A stretch of DNA of 64,000 bases from Podarcis tiliguerta (Eukaryota): NCBI GenBank assembly GCA_965153285.1, contig OZ229110.1; one strand, 5' to 3'. Below the pieces are notes generated by a model. The model ran no database searches. It worked only from the letters and a program-made list of their open reading frames with translations, and was not told where the DNA came from. Positions 1 through 12,990 of the stretch are shown here, one piece after another (positions within the stretch are counted from its first letter, which is position 1; the number at the start of each line of letters is the position of its first letter). The position numbers and the translations under genes were made by a program.

Positions 1-1251
1 ATATTATTGGAGCAAACTGGGAAGCTTAACTGTACTTCTCAAAAATACCAGTTCTTTCAAATTTTTGTATTCCTTCCCCCTACCTCCACATATGAACTAA
101 GTCTGTTTTGTGATGGTTCAACATGCTATATCAAGCTTCATATTAATAAAAATTGATGAGGTCACATAACCATCCTGGAGGGTCTTTGATTTGGCATGTC
201 ATCATATATAAATCTTCTCTCTGATATGAATACATAGACATGTCTGTGCAATTACAAAGAAAACCAAACATGCCAAGCCTTGTAAAATCATTTTGTCATA
301 TTCCAATTATATTCCTTAGAATAAGCCTGAACTTACTAGGCAGTTCACTACACTTACATCAGATATATAAAATACTAAAGCCAAACAAAGCAAGTTCCTA
401 TGGACACCAAAATATTGCATGTAATTTTAGAGATTTCACCATACCATTATTCTGCACAAGAAAATAGCTAGCCTAGGGAGAAATATAATTCACAAAACAC
501 TAACAACCATAAACTCTGTAGAATTGACCACTGGGCTTGTTTCTTACATGCTGCCTTCATAACGATTAGTTTATAGTGACAGTGAAGCTGATATAATCTC
601 AAGTGCTTACTTTACTTATTACGCACATGGATAAGCAAGTCAACAGCTTGATTCAATTCCATGCTTTCACTAGAGGGATCTAAGTACAATTCATTCAACC
701 TATATAAACGCTTCTATATTCAGATAAATTTATAAAGCTTTCTTGTATAAATGGAAAGGATACTTCTTGAAAACCTGTGTAGTAAATTGTACAGCTCTGA
801 TGCTGAAGCCTTTACAATTTAATATTTACTGTTCTTATGACAGTATAGCCCACTTATGGTAGTACTACACAAGAATTCCCAAGCCAATGTTTGCTAATGA
901 AACACAAAAGGTTGAGTGGGTCCATTTGTGGAGAGAATCAACAGAAAAGAGAGAGGTGTTCAACAATTTATGCTGACTCCTCCCAAAATACCTCCCCCAG
1001 CCATTCCCCACACCAGCAAAGTGACTGGAAGAATATTTTCAATGGCTAATCAACAGAGGATGAAAGAGTTATTAAGTGCTCTTCCACTCTGCTATTTAAT
1101 ATTATAAGCCTAAGGTGGGGCAAAACACTTTTTGGAATAAGTGCTAAATGGTGTAGTTAGCTTATCATTTTAACAGGAAATTTTTGTCAAGAAATACTTT
1201 CAGTTTACCATACATCATTATTTGAAGAAATTACTATGAAATAAAATTTAC

Positions 1252-1386
1252 CTCCAGTTTTGGTATGTTCTGGTAACGCCAGGCTATTCTCATGGATTCC
1301 TGAGAATCTTGTTTGGACTTCACAGCTGCTGTTGCTTCTTCTTCTATTTCACTTACAGCGGTATTCAACAAAGGTGAGGGAAGTTC
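1252..1386 (-). CDS. ELP4: ELP4 coding exon 4 (135 nt); the gene continues beyond the left edge
   Basis: Acceptor ttcattcag|, donor |gtaaat. Reads ELPSPLLNTAVSEIEEEATAAVKSKQDSQESMRIAWRYQNIPKLE, with the conserved ELP4 motif M-x-IAWRY. Confidence 0.95.
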
Positions 1387-1489
1387 CTGAATGAAAAATA
1401 ATAAATGTTTTAGATGAGCTGCTTTTATTAAACATTTAGGGAAATATTGTTAAAGAAGATTTAACAGCTCACAGCAAACATTAATGATG

Positions 1490-3210
1490 GCATTGGAAGC
1501 TCACTTCAAGGTACTAAAGGAACCAGTGGGCGTACCATCAGAACCTTGGTCTATAATATTTGAGAAATACCAGAGAATGAATAAGGTGCCACAGGAATAG
1601 ACACAGGTAAATCTTGCCCCAATTTTCACAAAAGAGGAGGAAGGAGAATCCAGGAGACTACAGACTAGTCAGTCTCACTTCAATACCAGAGGAGTCAGTT
1701 TGTAAGCATCCTGATAACAATGCAGTGATTAGTAAGAAACAGCATGGATTTGTCAAGAATAAATCCTACTAGCTAGACTAATCTGATCTCTCTTTTTTAG
1801 TGGGTTACTTAGTAGACTATGGGAAGCCTGTCAATATAATTTCTAATGATTTCAGCAAGCCATTTGACAATGTCCCCTTTTATATTCAGTTTGGAAAGTA
1901 ATTAAATGTGGGCCACATAATAATACCAGCATGTAGATTTACAGCTGGTTGGAACACTATACTCAAAGAGTGCTCATTAATAGTTTTTCATCAAACTGCA
2001 AGGGAATTTTGAGAGGACTACCTTTGGGTTGGACCAGGTGCTCTTCAATATTTTCATCAGCGACTTAGATAAAGGGGTGGAGAGAACCTTTATCAGATTT
2101 GAAAAACACACAAAAACAGGAAGGATAGCTAATACTTCAGGACTGAAATTCAAGATCTTGATAGGAAACTAGGCTGGAATTCAATTGAGACAAATGTAAA
2201 GCTGCATTTAGGCAAATATAAAATGCACAAGAATAAGATGGGAGATACTTGGGTTGGCAGTAGTATCTATGAAAAGGGTCTGTCAAGCTGAACATGAATC
2301 AACAGAGTGATATGGTTGCAAAAAACCCCAAAAAAACTTAAGCAATTTTAGGCTGCATTAATTAGCCTATTATATATTTTAGAAATCAGTTTACCAGTTT
2401 GGTAAGTATTAGGCCAACTCTAAAAAAATTTGAACCAAGTTTTGTATGATCAAGTAGTAGATTTTTGTCTATGTTTGGATACCATTTTCAATCAAGATGG
2501 CATTCTCAAGCAATACCAGACAAGAAGAGGAGGAGGAGGAAGAGGAGAGAGACAGAGCAAAGCAGACCTGACCCGACCATGATGACTGCAAAGGAAGTCA
2601 CTGGTGGAGCAGGAAAGGCAACAAAAAACAAACTTTTTGAGTTTCTGGTTCATGGTCTATCCTGGCTTTGGAGGCACCAATACATCTCCTTGCCAAGAGC
2701 ACAAGGGTTGGATGGCGCCAATACAACTCCTTGCCAAGGGTACAAAGGAGCCTAGATGCGGCTCTGATAAGAGACAAATTGAAATGGGTTCAGGGGAGGA
2801 CAACAAAGCCTGTCAGAGGTATGGAAAACAAGTCTTCTGTGGAAAGGTTGAAATAACTGGATATTGTTTGAATGCAGGGAAGATGAGAGCAGACATGCTA
2901 GCACTCTACAAATGCCTCAAGAACTAACACAAATAAGAGAACAAAGTTTTGTTCTCTGCTACCCCAGAGGGCAGGACTAGATCTATTCTGTTTAAGTTTT
3001 ATTAGAGTAGGTTTCAGCTGAACATTAGGAAAAATGTTAAAATGTTAAGAGAAGTTTGACAAGGGAACCAAGTACCTGGAAATGGGCTGTCTTCATTGGA
3101 GGTCTTCAAGCAGAGACTAGAAAGTCATGTGTGGGGGGTGCTCTAGATATGGATTTTCTGCTTTGAGCAGGGACATGAACTAGCTGGCCTACAAAGCCCA
3201 TTCCAATTCT
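1490..3210 (+). mobile_element. Degenerate CR1 LINE (ORF2 RT and 3' end), interrupted by an insert at about 2362-2767
   Basis: CR1-like runs: aactacagactagtcagtct, cagcatggatttgtcaagaataaatcct, gatttcagcaagccatttgacaa, ggaggtcttcaagcagag, and the 3' end ccattccaattcta. Many frameshifts and stops. Confidence 0.8.
2582..2656 (+). pseudogene. Isolated fragment resembling the first coding exon of SMARCD3 (BAF60C)
   Basis: MTAKEVTGGAGKATKNKLFEFLVHG matches the recalled human SMARCD3 N-terminus MAADEVAGGARKATKSKLFEFLVHG at 20/25 positions. It is preceded by a GA-rich UTR-like tract, and no further SMARCD3 sequence was seen. Confidence 0.75.
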
Positions 3211-3469
3211 AAAGCCATTTATCATTTATTTATAGTGACACTTTATTCCAGGGATGGTGAACTATGGGCACATGGGCTGGGGTTGGCCTCCCACAAAAAT
3301 ATTTTTTGCTCTTGCATTACATCAGAGATATTTGCAGTGGCAAAAATAATCCAAACCACATGTAAGTCGCATGCCTTCTTCCCTGATTCTGAGAGAAAGA
3401 GAAAGGCAAGCATAGGACAGGAGCTAGATTACATTATGGAATGAACTGAAAAAAAGGTTTAAAGGATCC

Positions 3470-3800
3470 TTTCCTACAAACCCAGAAGCTTACCGTCTGG
3501 GTATAGTAAGGACAGAAGTCCTCCCAAAACAAGTGAGTCTATTGATGTATGCGACCACAGCTGTGCAGATTTTACTTGCACAAAAGTGGAGAACAGGCGC
3601 GGTTCCAACAAAAGAGTGGCATCATAAAATGCTGGAATACGCGGAACTAGCGGGTATGACTAATAGAATAAGAAACAGATAAAAAAACTTAATGAGGATT
3701 GGATGTTATATATAGAATATATGAAAAATTATTATAATAGGACAGTCAATCTAGCAGGATGAGCAGAATTCAGCAACGTAAGTTATAACTTGCGATAAAG
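3470..3800 (+). mobile_element. Probable L1/Tx1-type LINE 3' remnant
   Basis: A-rich degenerate coding-like stretch (tatgcgaccacagctg...cttgcacaaaagtgga) resembling squamate L1 ORF2 ends; recognised by eye only. Confidence 0.45.
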
Positions 3801-3913
3801 AGGAGAGAGGAAAATTTAGAAGAACAAGTAGATGTGGATAAGTTGGGAATAGAGAGGAAACCAGGGAAGGAGTGGAAGGGAAGTACATGAAAAGGAGTTT
3901 TCATTCCCCCCCC

Positions 3914-3915
<2 letters not shown>

Positions 3916-3949
<34 letters not shown>
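3916..3949. repeat. (AC)n microsatellite
   Basis: Direct reading, about 17 units. Confidence 0.95.
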
Positions 3950-3951
<2 letters not shown>

Positions 3952-6267
3952 AATGCAACAGTTGTTGTACTAATGTTGATATACCAGTGAAGAAGTGTAA
4001 TAGAAAAGCAAATAAAAGCAACAACAACGATAATAACAATAAGATTACATTATGGAGGCTGCAGGGCAGCAAGTGTGGGTTTTTCCTTGACGTTTACTCC
4101 TGAAGCGTTTCTCAGAAATGAGTATTGCAACAAGGCAGCAAAGGTTTAGGATCAGAGTTTTCCTTATCATAGATGAGCTACCTTCCCAGGTTCATGAGCC
4201 CCTTATTTTCCTCTACAGCACATGACCATTGGAACCACTATTTGTCTTGTGAGCTCAATCCACCAGAGCCTGTCACATGCATGGGAAGTCCCAGCAGTTC
4301 AAAGCCAATTATTAGGGGAAAGTGCTAAAAGCAGAGAAATGCCATACAATAAGACTCTGCTAGGAATAAACCATTGGGATCAACAGATGCATTTATTTGT
4401 TTGGATTTTCTCCTTTTACTTTTATTTCAAGCATGCCAAGGCATCAAAATTAAAGAACCCATTCATTGACAAATGGCGAGACAATTCAATCCTGATCTAA
4501 AACTGAAAAATTGCCAATGATCCCATTTACCTGCTATCCTTTACTCAAGTCAAACTCACCCTCAGACATATACAAACCTGTTACGCAAAATGGGTTTATC
4601 ATGCAAAAGGGACATGGGTGGCGTTGCAAAACACATCTCATACAATATTCGAGTATGTAATAACTTATGCAGAGTTCTCTAATGTAGACATTTTATAGCT
4701 GAATGTACACACATTCCTATGTTGTGGAGCCATATAAATAAACATTTAAAATATTATCTTAATGCCTGTTGAATGTTATAATTTTATAACCTTGGGGAAG
4801 GTGGATCAATCTATCGATTTTGGTTTTTCTAAGTTCCTCATTTTTTTCAATGTGTTCTCTTTCCACATCACTTTGAGTTTCTTAAATCCCCACACAAAAT
4901 CATATACATTTACGTACACATTTCTCCCACTATCACATTTTTGTACATCATTTTGCCTAATATAATTAAAAACATTTTTGCCAACAACTCCCCCCATACG
5001 CATATTTGCACATTGTTTTCACTAATATTTCTGAGAAGTGTGAATTCCAAAAGATAACTGTGTTTCAGTTCACATACTGAAATAAGTTTGAAATAAGTTT
5101 GCATTTCTCTCTGATTCCTACCTTGGGGAATTTTAAAAAAGATAAAAGATGCATATGTGTTTTATAAATAAATACTGACACGTCAGAAAAGTTTGTACAA
5201 ATGTAGCAATAAATGATTTGTGGTAGTGACTGTAGCATTTGCATTTCCTTTTTAGACCAGTGACTGCAGTGGAAATGGAGATACCAACTTGACAGGGCTG
5301 ATTTATTTATTTATTTCTGGCCTAGTTACATAGGCATTCTACCAATTGGGAGCTAACTTGCTAATCAGCTGAAAAGATTGCAAGGATATTGCAGCTGACC
5401 AAGTGTTGTAGTAATAGACATCTCAGTCTGTTATGTGCATGAGATAATGTGTTGAATGTTTTTTGAATACTAGGGCCTACCTAATGGATCTGGCATCCTA
5501 TTTCTATGGCATGAGTTGCCAGAGTGCAATTAGCATGCTAGAGTGTACCTTTGCAAGACACCCAATCTCAATTTTGATGCAGTGACCCAGAAGCAGAGGG
5601 GGATCACGACTCAGAATACCAAACATAGGCTAAATGAGAGCTGGTGTGGAGCAACAGCTAAGAAACTGAGCTGCAAATAAGAAAGTTCCTAGTTCAAATC
5701 TAGCCTCTGCCACTTAGTCCCGCATCTGCAAAACAGGGAGAATAGTGATCTAGCTTAAAGAAATACTAAGGAATATAACAAAATAAATCTGAAATGCTTT
5801 GAATGCTCTGAAATGGCATATGATGTTTAAAACAATCATTCTTTTTAAAAAGTTTACTCCCTGAATATATATGTTAGTCAGAATAGTAGTCAGACACTCC
5901 GTTAATATTCCAATAGTCTGGCTTAAAGAAACTTTATTCAGTGTTGTGTCTCTATAAATCAAATTGACTTAATTGTCAAGGAACAGTGTACACTCCTTGC
6001 TTACCTTTGTTGAGATTTTTGATCATTAGGACAACAGTGAGTAAGCAAATTATGACCCCTTCTTGCTATCCACTGCCATCTGTTAGACAAATCTAAATGA
6101 ACTTCTTTCTGCTACATCAACTACTGACATTCCTCTCCCTGTAGCCTGTACAGCAGCCTTCCCCAACCTGGTGCCCTCCAAATGTTTCAGACTCCAACTT
6201 CCAATAACCCAAACCAGAACTACCTCCCTAAGGGCAGCTGAGTGATCCAATTTCCTTCTTTCTGCAG

Positions 6268-6400
6268 TAAAGTTACCAGATCTTTTTCAATGAATCCGGG
6301 GAGACTTTTCAACTTCCTACTAAATAGATGGATTTTGTCAGGGGACTGATTTGTAAATCCGGGGACTGTCCCTGGGAAACAGGGATGTTTGGTAACCTTA
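6268..6400. mobile_element. hAT-type MITE
   Basis: TIRs taaagttaccaga / tttggtaacctta; 8-bp TSD ttctgcag / ttctacag (7/8); internal ggggac repeats. Confidence 0.75.
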
Positions 6401-7387
6401 TTCTACAGTAAGACAAACTATAGGAATTCAAAAGTCAATTTATAAAAATAAAGTTAAATCGTTTTCTTACCAGGTTCTATTATAAGCCTACAGAACAATC
6501 ACCCAACAATAGTTCACATTAAGCAAGTTAGTTTTTTTAAAACAGAAATTGGTATTGTAGGTTGCCATCCTAGAAGTTTCTTCCCTCGTTTCAAACTGAA
6601 TTTGTAATTATCTGTAAGAGTCTTGGAACAGATCCAAGGTTTAAATATAGAATTCATGATTCCTACTCTTCAAGCAGACTTGAGTACAATAAGAATTATA
6701 ATCAAGAGGCATGAGATGTGCTCAAGGAAGTGATTCTGCTGAAGTTCACTCACCATTTATCTCATTAGAACAAATCGTAACATTGTTACTAAGATAAGTT
6801 ACAGAAGTTGAGCCGGAGTTCTTCCTAATTAAGGGACAGGAGATTCAACAAAAGACAAATGGCAGTGTGAGAAGTAGATGTGGGTAAAAATGCTTTGAAC
6901 AGTATGATCGAGTGCCTGCCCAAAAGCAGATTGACCCTCTTCCAAGGCTGCCATTTGCAGACCAGCAGTTAATATAATTAAACTGTACCCAACACAGTTG
7001 TCCCATTCACACAAGGTCTTCCACTTTCACAATGGAACTTCCCCTCCCCCTTCTCCACTGTGTGCCTCCCCATCTGTTTTGGGTTTCCCCAAACCCTCTG
7101 GAGTGGACTTGAAGGGGTGTGGGGAGAAAAGAGGGAAGGAAAGTTCTGTTGCACAAGTGTAAGTCTTTGTACGAATGGGATGATTTTGTTGGCTACAGCC
7201 CATTTTGTTCAGATTGATTTTTCATCATCATATTTACAAAAAACAAACACAGGTGATTACTTTTTTATGTTGTCTTTTCCATGGTCTCAAAAATGTATCT
7301 AATCTCATGAAGGCTGAAATGTAGCTAGATATATATTTAGTGAAAAAACTAGATAAATAACCAATAAATAATTAAATAACATTATAA

Positions 7388-7729
7388 AAAGGTAAAGGTA
7401 CCCCTGCCCATACGGGCCAGTCTTGACAGACTCTAGGGTTGTGCGCCCATCTCACTCAAGGAGGCCGCGGGCCAGCGCTGTCCGGAGACACTTCCGGGTC
7501 ACGTGGCCAGCGTGACATCGCTGCTCTGGCGAGCCAGAGCCGCACACGGAAACGCCGTTTACCTTCCCGCTAGTAAGCGGTCCCTATTTATCTACTTGCA
7601 CCCAGGGGTGCTTTCGAACTGCTAGGTTGGCAGGCGCTGGGACCGAACAGCGGGAGCGCACCCCGCCACGGGGATTCGAACCGCCGACCTTTCGATCGGC
7701 AAGCCCTAGGCGCTGAGGCTTTTACCCAC
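7388..7729 (-). mobile_element. Sauria SINE, slightly 5'-truncated
   Basis: Starts aaaggtaaaggta (reverse of the ACCTTT tail) and carries a B-box (gattcgaacc). Highly similar to the copies at 40616 and 47212. Confidence 0.9.
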
Positions 7730-9326
7730 TTTTAAATGTGTTTGCGGCAGTGGGGTTACTGATTTGCTGCCAGTCAGTATAGACAAAAACAACCTAGATG
7801 GACCAATATTCTGACTTGGCACAAGGAAGCTTCCTGTGTCCTTGGCACATATATATTTGCACCCAAGACCAAGCTATGTACAGAGGATCCAATACTGACT
7901 TTTAAGTAGAATTTGCCTCACAAAAATACCCTTCCATGAGAAGAAAATGCATTGAGAAGTGGGGGAGGGGGGGTAACAGAGTTGTGCTCACTAGTTTTGC
8001 CCTCTGCCTTGTCATTCTTATTACCCTCAGCTCATGGAGGTGACTGTGTGAATTTTTACCTCTGGTTTTTGTTTCTGTTGCCCCCCCCCCCGTTTTCTTC
8101 ACATGGAATGGTAACACCTGAAAAGGACCAGTGACTTTATTTATCATATTTATCCATCAAATTTCTACCTAAAATCTTCATGGCAATATAGACAAATATA
8201 AATGCTATATTAGCGCTTTAAAAAGTTTTTAAAGACCCATTTTGTAAGCTCTTGGGTGAATAAAAAATGATTCACTCTACATTCAGATTCTTACATTACA
8301 CTAGCCTGACAAACTTCCCTGGGTAGCTAGTTCCAAAGCCATGACGATACCAGAGAAGACCCCACTGAGGCCCCCAAAGTTTTATTGCATACCCTGACAT
8401 GACTCAGAGCAAAGAAAGTTTTTGAAAAATGTTTGCTGGTCTTTGCTGACCAGAAAAATGAATTACTAGAAGGCAAGACGGTTTTATAATAGGGAAATAA
8501 TAAGGAAAGAAGATGTTTTTTAAACCAATCTTTGGGGTAATTTATGGGAAGCTTTTTCTGAGAGGAAACTCCATTAGCACAGTGAGACTTACTTCTGAAT
8601 AAACAAGTATAAAACAGAATGATACTAATCTGGAAGTAAAAATAAAATTGAATATTTTTAATCTCAGCATCTATAAGCAAAGTTGTTTTTTATTATTTGG
8701 TTAAGCTAATTGTAATATAGCTCATTGTTTCAAATATTAAAATAAGCTACTTAAATGTTTTTTAAGGCAAATGTTATGTAAATGTTTTTGCAGCTATAAT
8801 CCAATTTAAATTACTTTCCCAGGTGTTGTATTCAATAAAACTGCCGTCCGTTTTCTCTGTAACACCTGCAACACTTTAATTGACATAAAGATAACGGTAT
8901 GCTATATACAAAAACAATTCAGTGCAGCCATAGGCCATTGTTCTGGAAGAGATTATCATTAGTATAAATCCCATGTAAGCAGTCACTTAACTCACTAAGC
9001 TTCTCATTGTTTTATATTCTGCCTCTTACAATGAGGGGCACACCTGCTGCTGCAATGACTGCCTCACACTGTAGCAGAGGTGACCAAATGTCCTAGGCTG
9101 CACATTAAAATCTTGTGGCTGAGAGCCAGAAGAAACACTTTAATGTGGTCTCTCCTTAAACGGCGTTCTCCCCCTTGTTTTTACCAGTAGCACTTTTTAA
9201 GAATTCCCAAATGTTTTTCTTGTTACAACATGGAAACAAGGCAGATCATTATTTGATCTGTGCTGCAGACATATGAGAAAGCAAGCATGTGGTTGCCTCA
9301 TACATACAATTGAGGTATATCCATAA

Positions 9327-9371
<45 letters not shown>

Positions 9372-9650
9372 TTATTATTTGTACCCCGCCCATCTGGCTG
9401 GGTTTCCCCAGCCACTCTGGGCGGCTTCCATAGAAACCAAAAATACACTAAAATATCACACATTAAAAACTTCCCTGAACAGGGCTGCCTTAAGATGCCT
9501 TCTGAATGTCAGGTAGTTATTTATCGCTTTGACATCTGATGGGAGGGCGTTCCACAGGGCGGGCGCCACTACCGAGAAGGCCCTCTGCCTGGTTCCCTGT
9601 AGCTTTGCTTCTCGCCATGAGGGAACCGCCAGAAGGCCCTCGGCGCTAGA
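9327..9650 (-). mobile_element. L2-clade LINE 3' end with (AAT)n tail
   Basis: Minus-strand peptide RAFSVVAPALWNALP..FRRHLK (L2 ORF2 C-terminus); near-identical to 40031-40271. Confidence 0.85.
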
Positions 9651-10470
9651 CTTCCTCCAAATATTTTGCAAATACTTAAGACACCCCCAATCCCAAATCG
9701 TGTGCAATAGAGGTATGTCAGTCTATAAATGCAAATTAATGCAGTCTACAATGACTATAGCATCCCAGTGTCACTAGCCTGATGATGGTGAAGGAGCAGA
9801 AAAAGAAAATGTCAATTACAGTCCTCATCAGAAATAAACTGTCGATGCTAATAAGTAAATATGCCTAATTTGAAACAAAATTGTGAATTTGCAATTAAAA
9901 ACATGTAATCTGTACACATTAAAAATAGCTCCTCTAAGATATATGTCAGTTTAGCATAGTGGCTATGGAGTATCAGATCAGAAACGGGCAGATTCATACT
10001 TAAAACCTCACTCAGCTATGTAGCTCACTGGTGCACTTGAGCCAATCCCCCTACTTCAAAATGGGGTCCCGGAGGGGACATTGTATCTACCACCCTGAGC
10101 AACTTGTAGGAATGTGGCGCTTCAATGTAATAAATAAATGACTTCTCACAGTACTTTGGATTTTGAAAGGATTTAAAAACAACAACAAACAATTAAACAT
10201 AAATCTCTACTTTGGGAAGGTAAAATGTTTGGACAAAATTTACAAAATGTTTCCCTCTTGTATCCGGGAAATTAACAAGTAACTTTAAGAGATTCTTTAA
10301 AGTATCCAACAGCTATTTAATGAAAGGTAAATCTATTCAATTAGGTTGTTATAAAAATGATTCACGGTGCCCACACAGACACACACAAGGATCCTCAGAG
10401 CTCAAGAGAGCCCTGATTCTCCCTCCTCCTCATTTACAACTGCATGTGTACAGACGTAAGCATGCACTAC

Positions 10471-10608
10471 CAGCGGTTCTCAACTTGTGGGTCCCCAGAT
10501 GTTGTTGGACTACAACTCCCATCATCCCTGAGCTCTGGCCTTGCTAGCTAAGGGTGATGGGAGTTGTAGTTCAACAACATCTGGGGACCCACAAGTTGAG
10601 AAAGGCTG
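10471..10608. mobile_element. Palindromic hAT-type (URR1-like) MITE
   Basis: Near-perfect fold-back ttctcaacttgtgggtccccagatgttgttggactacaactcccatca / tgatgggagttgtagttcaacaacatctggggacccacaagttgagaa. Decayed relatives near 6151, 23990, 32180 and 58040. Confidence 0.8.
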
Positions 10609-12691
10609 CGACAGTCCAGAGGACAGGATGCCTCCCTCCTCTTCACTCCCAGGTTCATGTGCACAGAAACAAATAATGCACTGGAACAGTGTCGGGGACA
10701 GGACGCCAGTACGTATTTTTCAAAACCACTGCAGAGTAAGCATGTCAGGACTACTGGATGGGAGGTGTGGGGAAATCTGTTCTCCATACCAGCCCATCAT
10801 ACTCCTGCAACCTGGCTCACCCCATGTGAGAGAAGGGAGAAACAGATTTTAACCATTTGATTTTAATACTTTAAAAACCCTGATTTCCTCACATTAACTG
10901 GTTTTATGGGAGATTTGTAAACAAAAGGAACAGGGGAAAGGGGAGGGAGAGATAGTTTAATGTAGTTAAAATGATATGTGCTTTCACAGCTTCCCTTCAC
11001 AGGAATGGTTTCTTCTCCAGTACAACTAAATATCTTGCTTTTCTACATCAGAATGCATCTTCCTCATATCTGTTAGGAATTTCTGTTCCTTATGTCAACT
11101 GCTACATTGTTCTGCCTACTTTGGCAGATGCACTAAACAAAATCAGGTTCTAATAGTTTGACCTCCCTCTCTTCTTCTGTTCTCTAGGGCATAATAAAAC
11201 CCAAGCCACAGTCCTACAACAGTTAATGAAGCTTAACCTTACACCCTCTTAATTACCAATGCATTACACTAACTACAGGCATCATACTTCTCTCTAAGCT
11301 ATTTTACAATGCTGGAGAAGTACTACTGTGCTATTATTTAGCGACATAATTCATGCTGTATGTGAAATCCCTCTTAAATGAACTTCTTTGATCCTTTCGC
11401 TTTTTAAAAAATAGAATTTTAAATATTATCTATTATGTACTAATAATCATTTGCAGTTTTGTTGCTGCTATGATTAAGGGAAAAAAAGTATGAGTCTAAA
11501 TTAATTCCTGTTTGAAGTGATATTTATATAGTAATTTTTCAAAGATACATAAATAAGTGTTGTTCCTTAAACTTAGGACATTGGAAAAAAGGCAATTAGG
11601 AAAGGAACTACTTAAAGTATATTATGTATAGTAACAACCATTTATTTTTTATTTAAATAGGAATATGTTTTCCTGGACAAAGTCAAGCCCTATTTTTCAT
11701 TAATATAAACAAGTGGTTGTAGAGTTAATTTCTTCAAATGAAACTTGGTCCTGTGCTTTTTTTTTATTTAAACCAACTGAAGCCAACAGAACCTAAATTC
11801 AAATCTTTGTATTAACTACAAAAATTCTAACAGCTAAATGATAAATGAGGAACAGTAGCTGGGTTCTGAACATGAAGATGTCATTTTTTATTATTTCATT
11901 TCATTTCACTTTATGTTGTTTACCAGCTTTCTATATTGCTACACACAAGGTGGCAAAGATCACACATTTTATAACAATCTGATCCAATACAAAAGCATAA
12001 TAAAAAAATGACTTCTAAGTAAGTAAGTGGTCTAAGTCAAATCTATTATTTTCTATGTTTAAACTACTAATTTTTTTTAGTATATAATAAAATATATATG
12101 AAAGGATAATCCCGTTATTTTACTCTTTTACTATTCTCCTAGATAGATCAGGAGAATCTCAATGACACAGTATGAGTAAAATAGAATAAAGAGCATTAGC
12201 ACAATAAGAACAACAAGCAGGGATTTATTCAGTGAAAAACCAAACACACCCATGTATGGATAAATTTTTAAATAAAGGCTCTGTATTCACAAATGCTCAT
12301 TTTCAAAATGATGTTGGATATTGAAAGCACATATACATTTAGCACAAATGTAAATGTCCCTCTGAAATTTAAACCACTTGGGGGAAACAGTTTGACATTA
12401 AGGAATAGAAGTCTGAAGACAGATGGCATACTTTTGCATGCACATAAAATATCAGAAAGTGAGTTAAGGTTACCATCATATATACTCACAGCAAACTCAG
12501 GTGTTTGCCTAATACTCAGATTTTAACCTATTCATTCACTGTAGTCTAACTTTTATGGCATCCAAAATCCCTGTAACTCGAGATGGCCTCATTCTTCTTT
12601 ACAAAGGTGGCTGGTCATGGACACTGCTTCTACTATGTCCATCTTTGTCAGAATATTAAAGAACTTCCTTGAAAATGTGCATTGTGCTGTA

Positions 12692-12990
12692 CTATTCATT
12701 CTGAAGGAAATCAGCCCTGAGTGCTCACTGGAAGGACAGATCCTGAAGCTGAGGCTCCAATACTTTGGCCACCTCATGAGAAGAGAAGACTCCCTGGAAA
12801 AGACCCTGATGTTAGGAAAGATTGAGGGCACAAGGAGAAGGGGACGACAGAGTACAAGATGGCTGGACAGTGTTCTCGAAGCTACAAACATGAGCCTGAC
12901 CAAACTGCGGGAGGCAGTAGAAGACAGGAGTGCCTGGCGTGCTCTGGTCCATGGGTTCACGAAGAGTCGGACACGACTAAACAACAACAA
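12692..12990 (+). mobile_element. RTE-BovB LINE 3' end (5'-truncated)
   Basis: Encodes LKEISPECSLEGQILKLRLQYFGHLMRREDSLEKTLMLGKIEG..RRRGRQ; ends gagtcggacacgact followed by a (CAA)n tail. Confidence 0.93.

Noticed and set aside
9197-9516. Poly-Leu / poly-Ile ORFs
   Set aside because: Translation of the (AAT)n tail of an L2 element.
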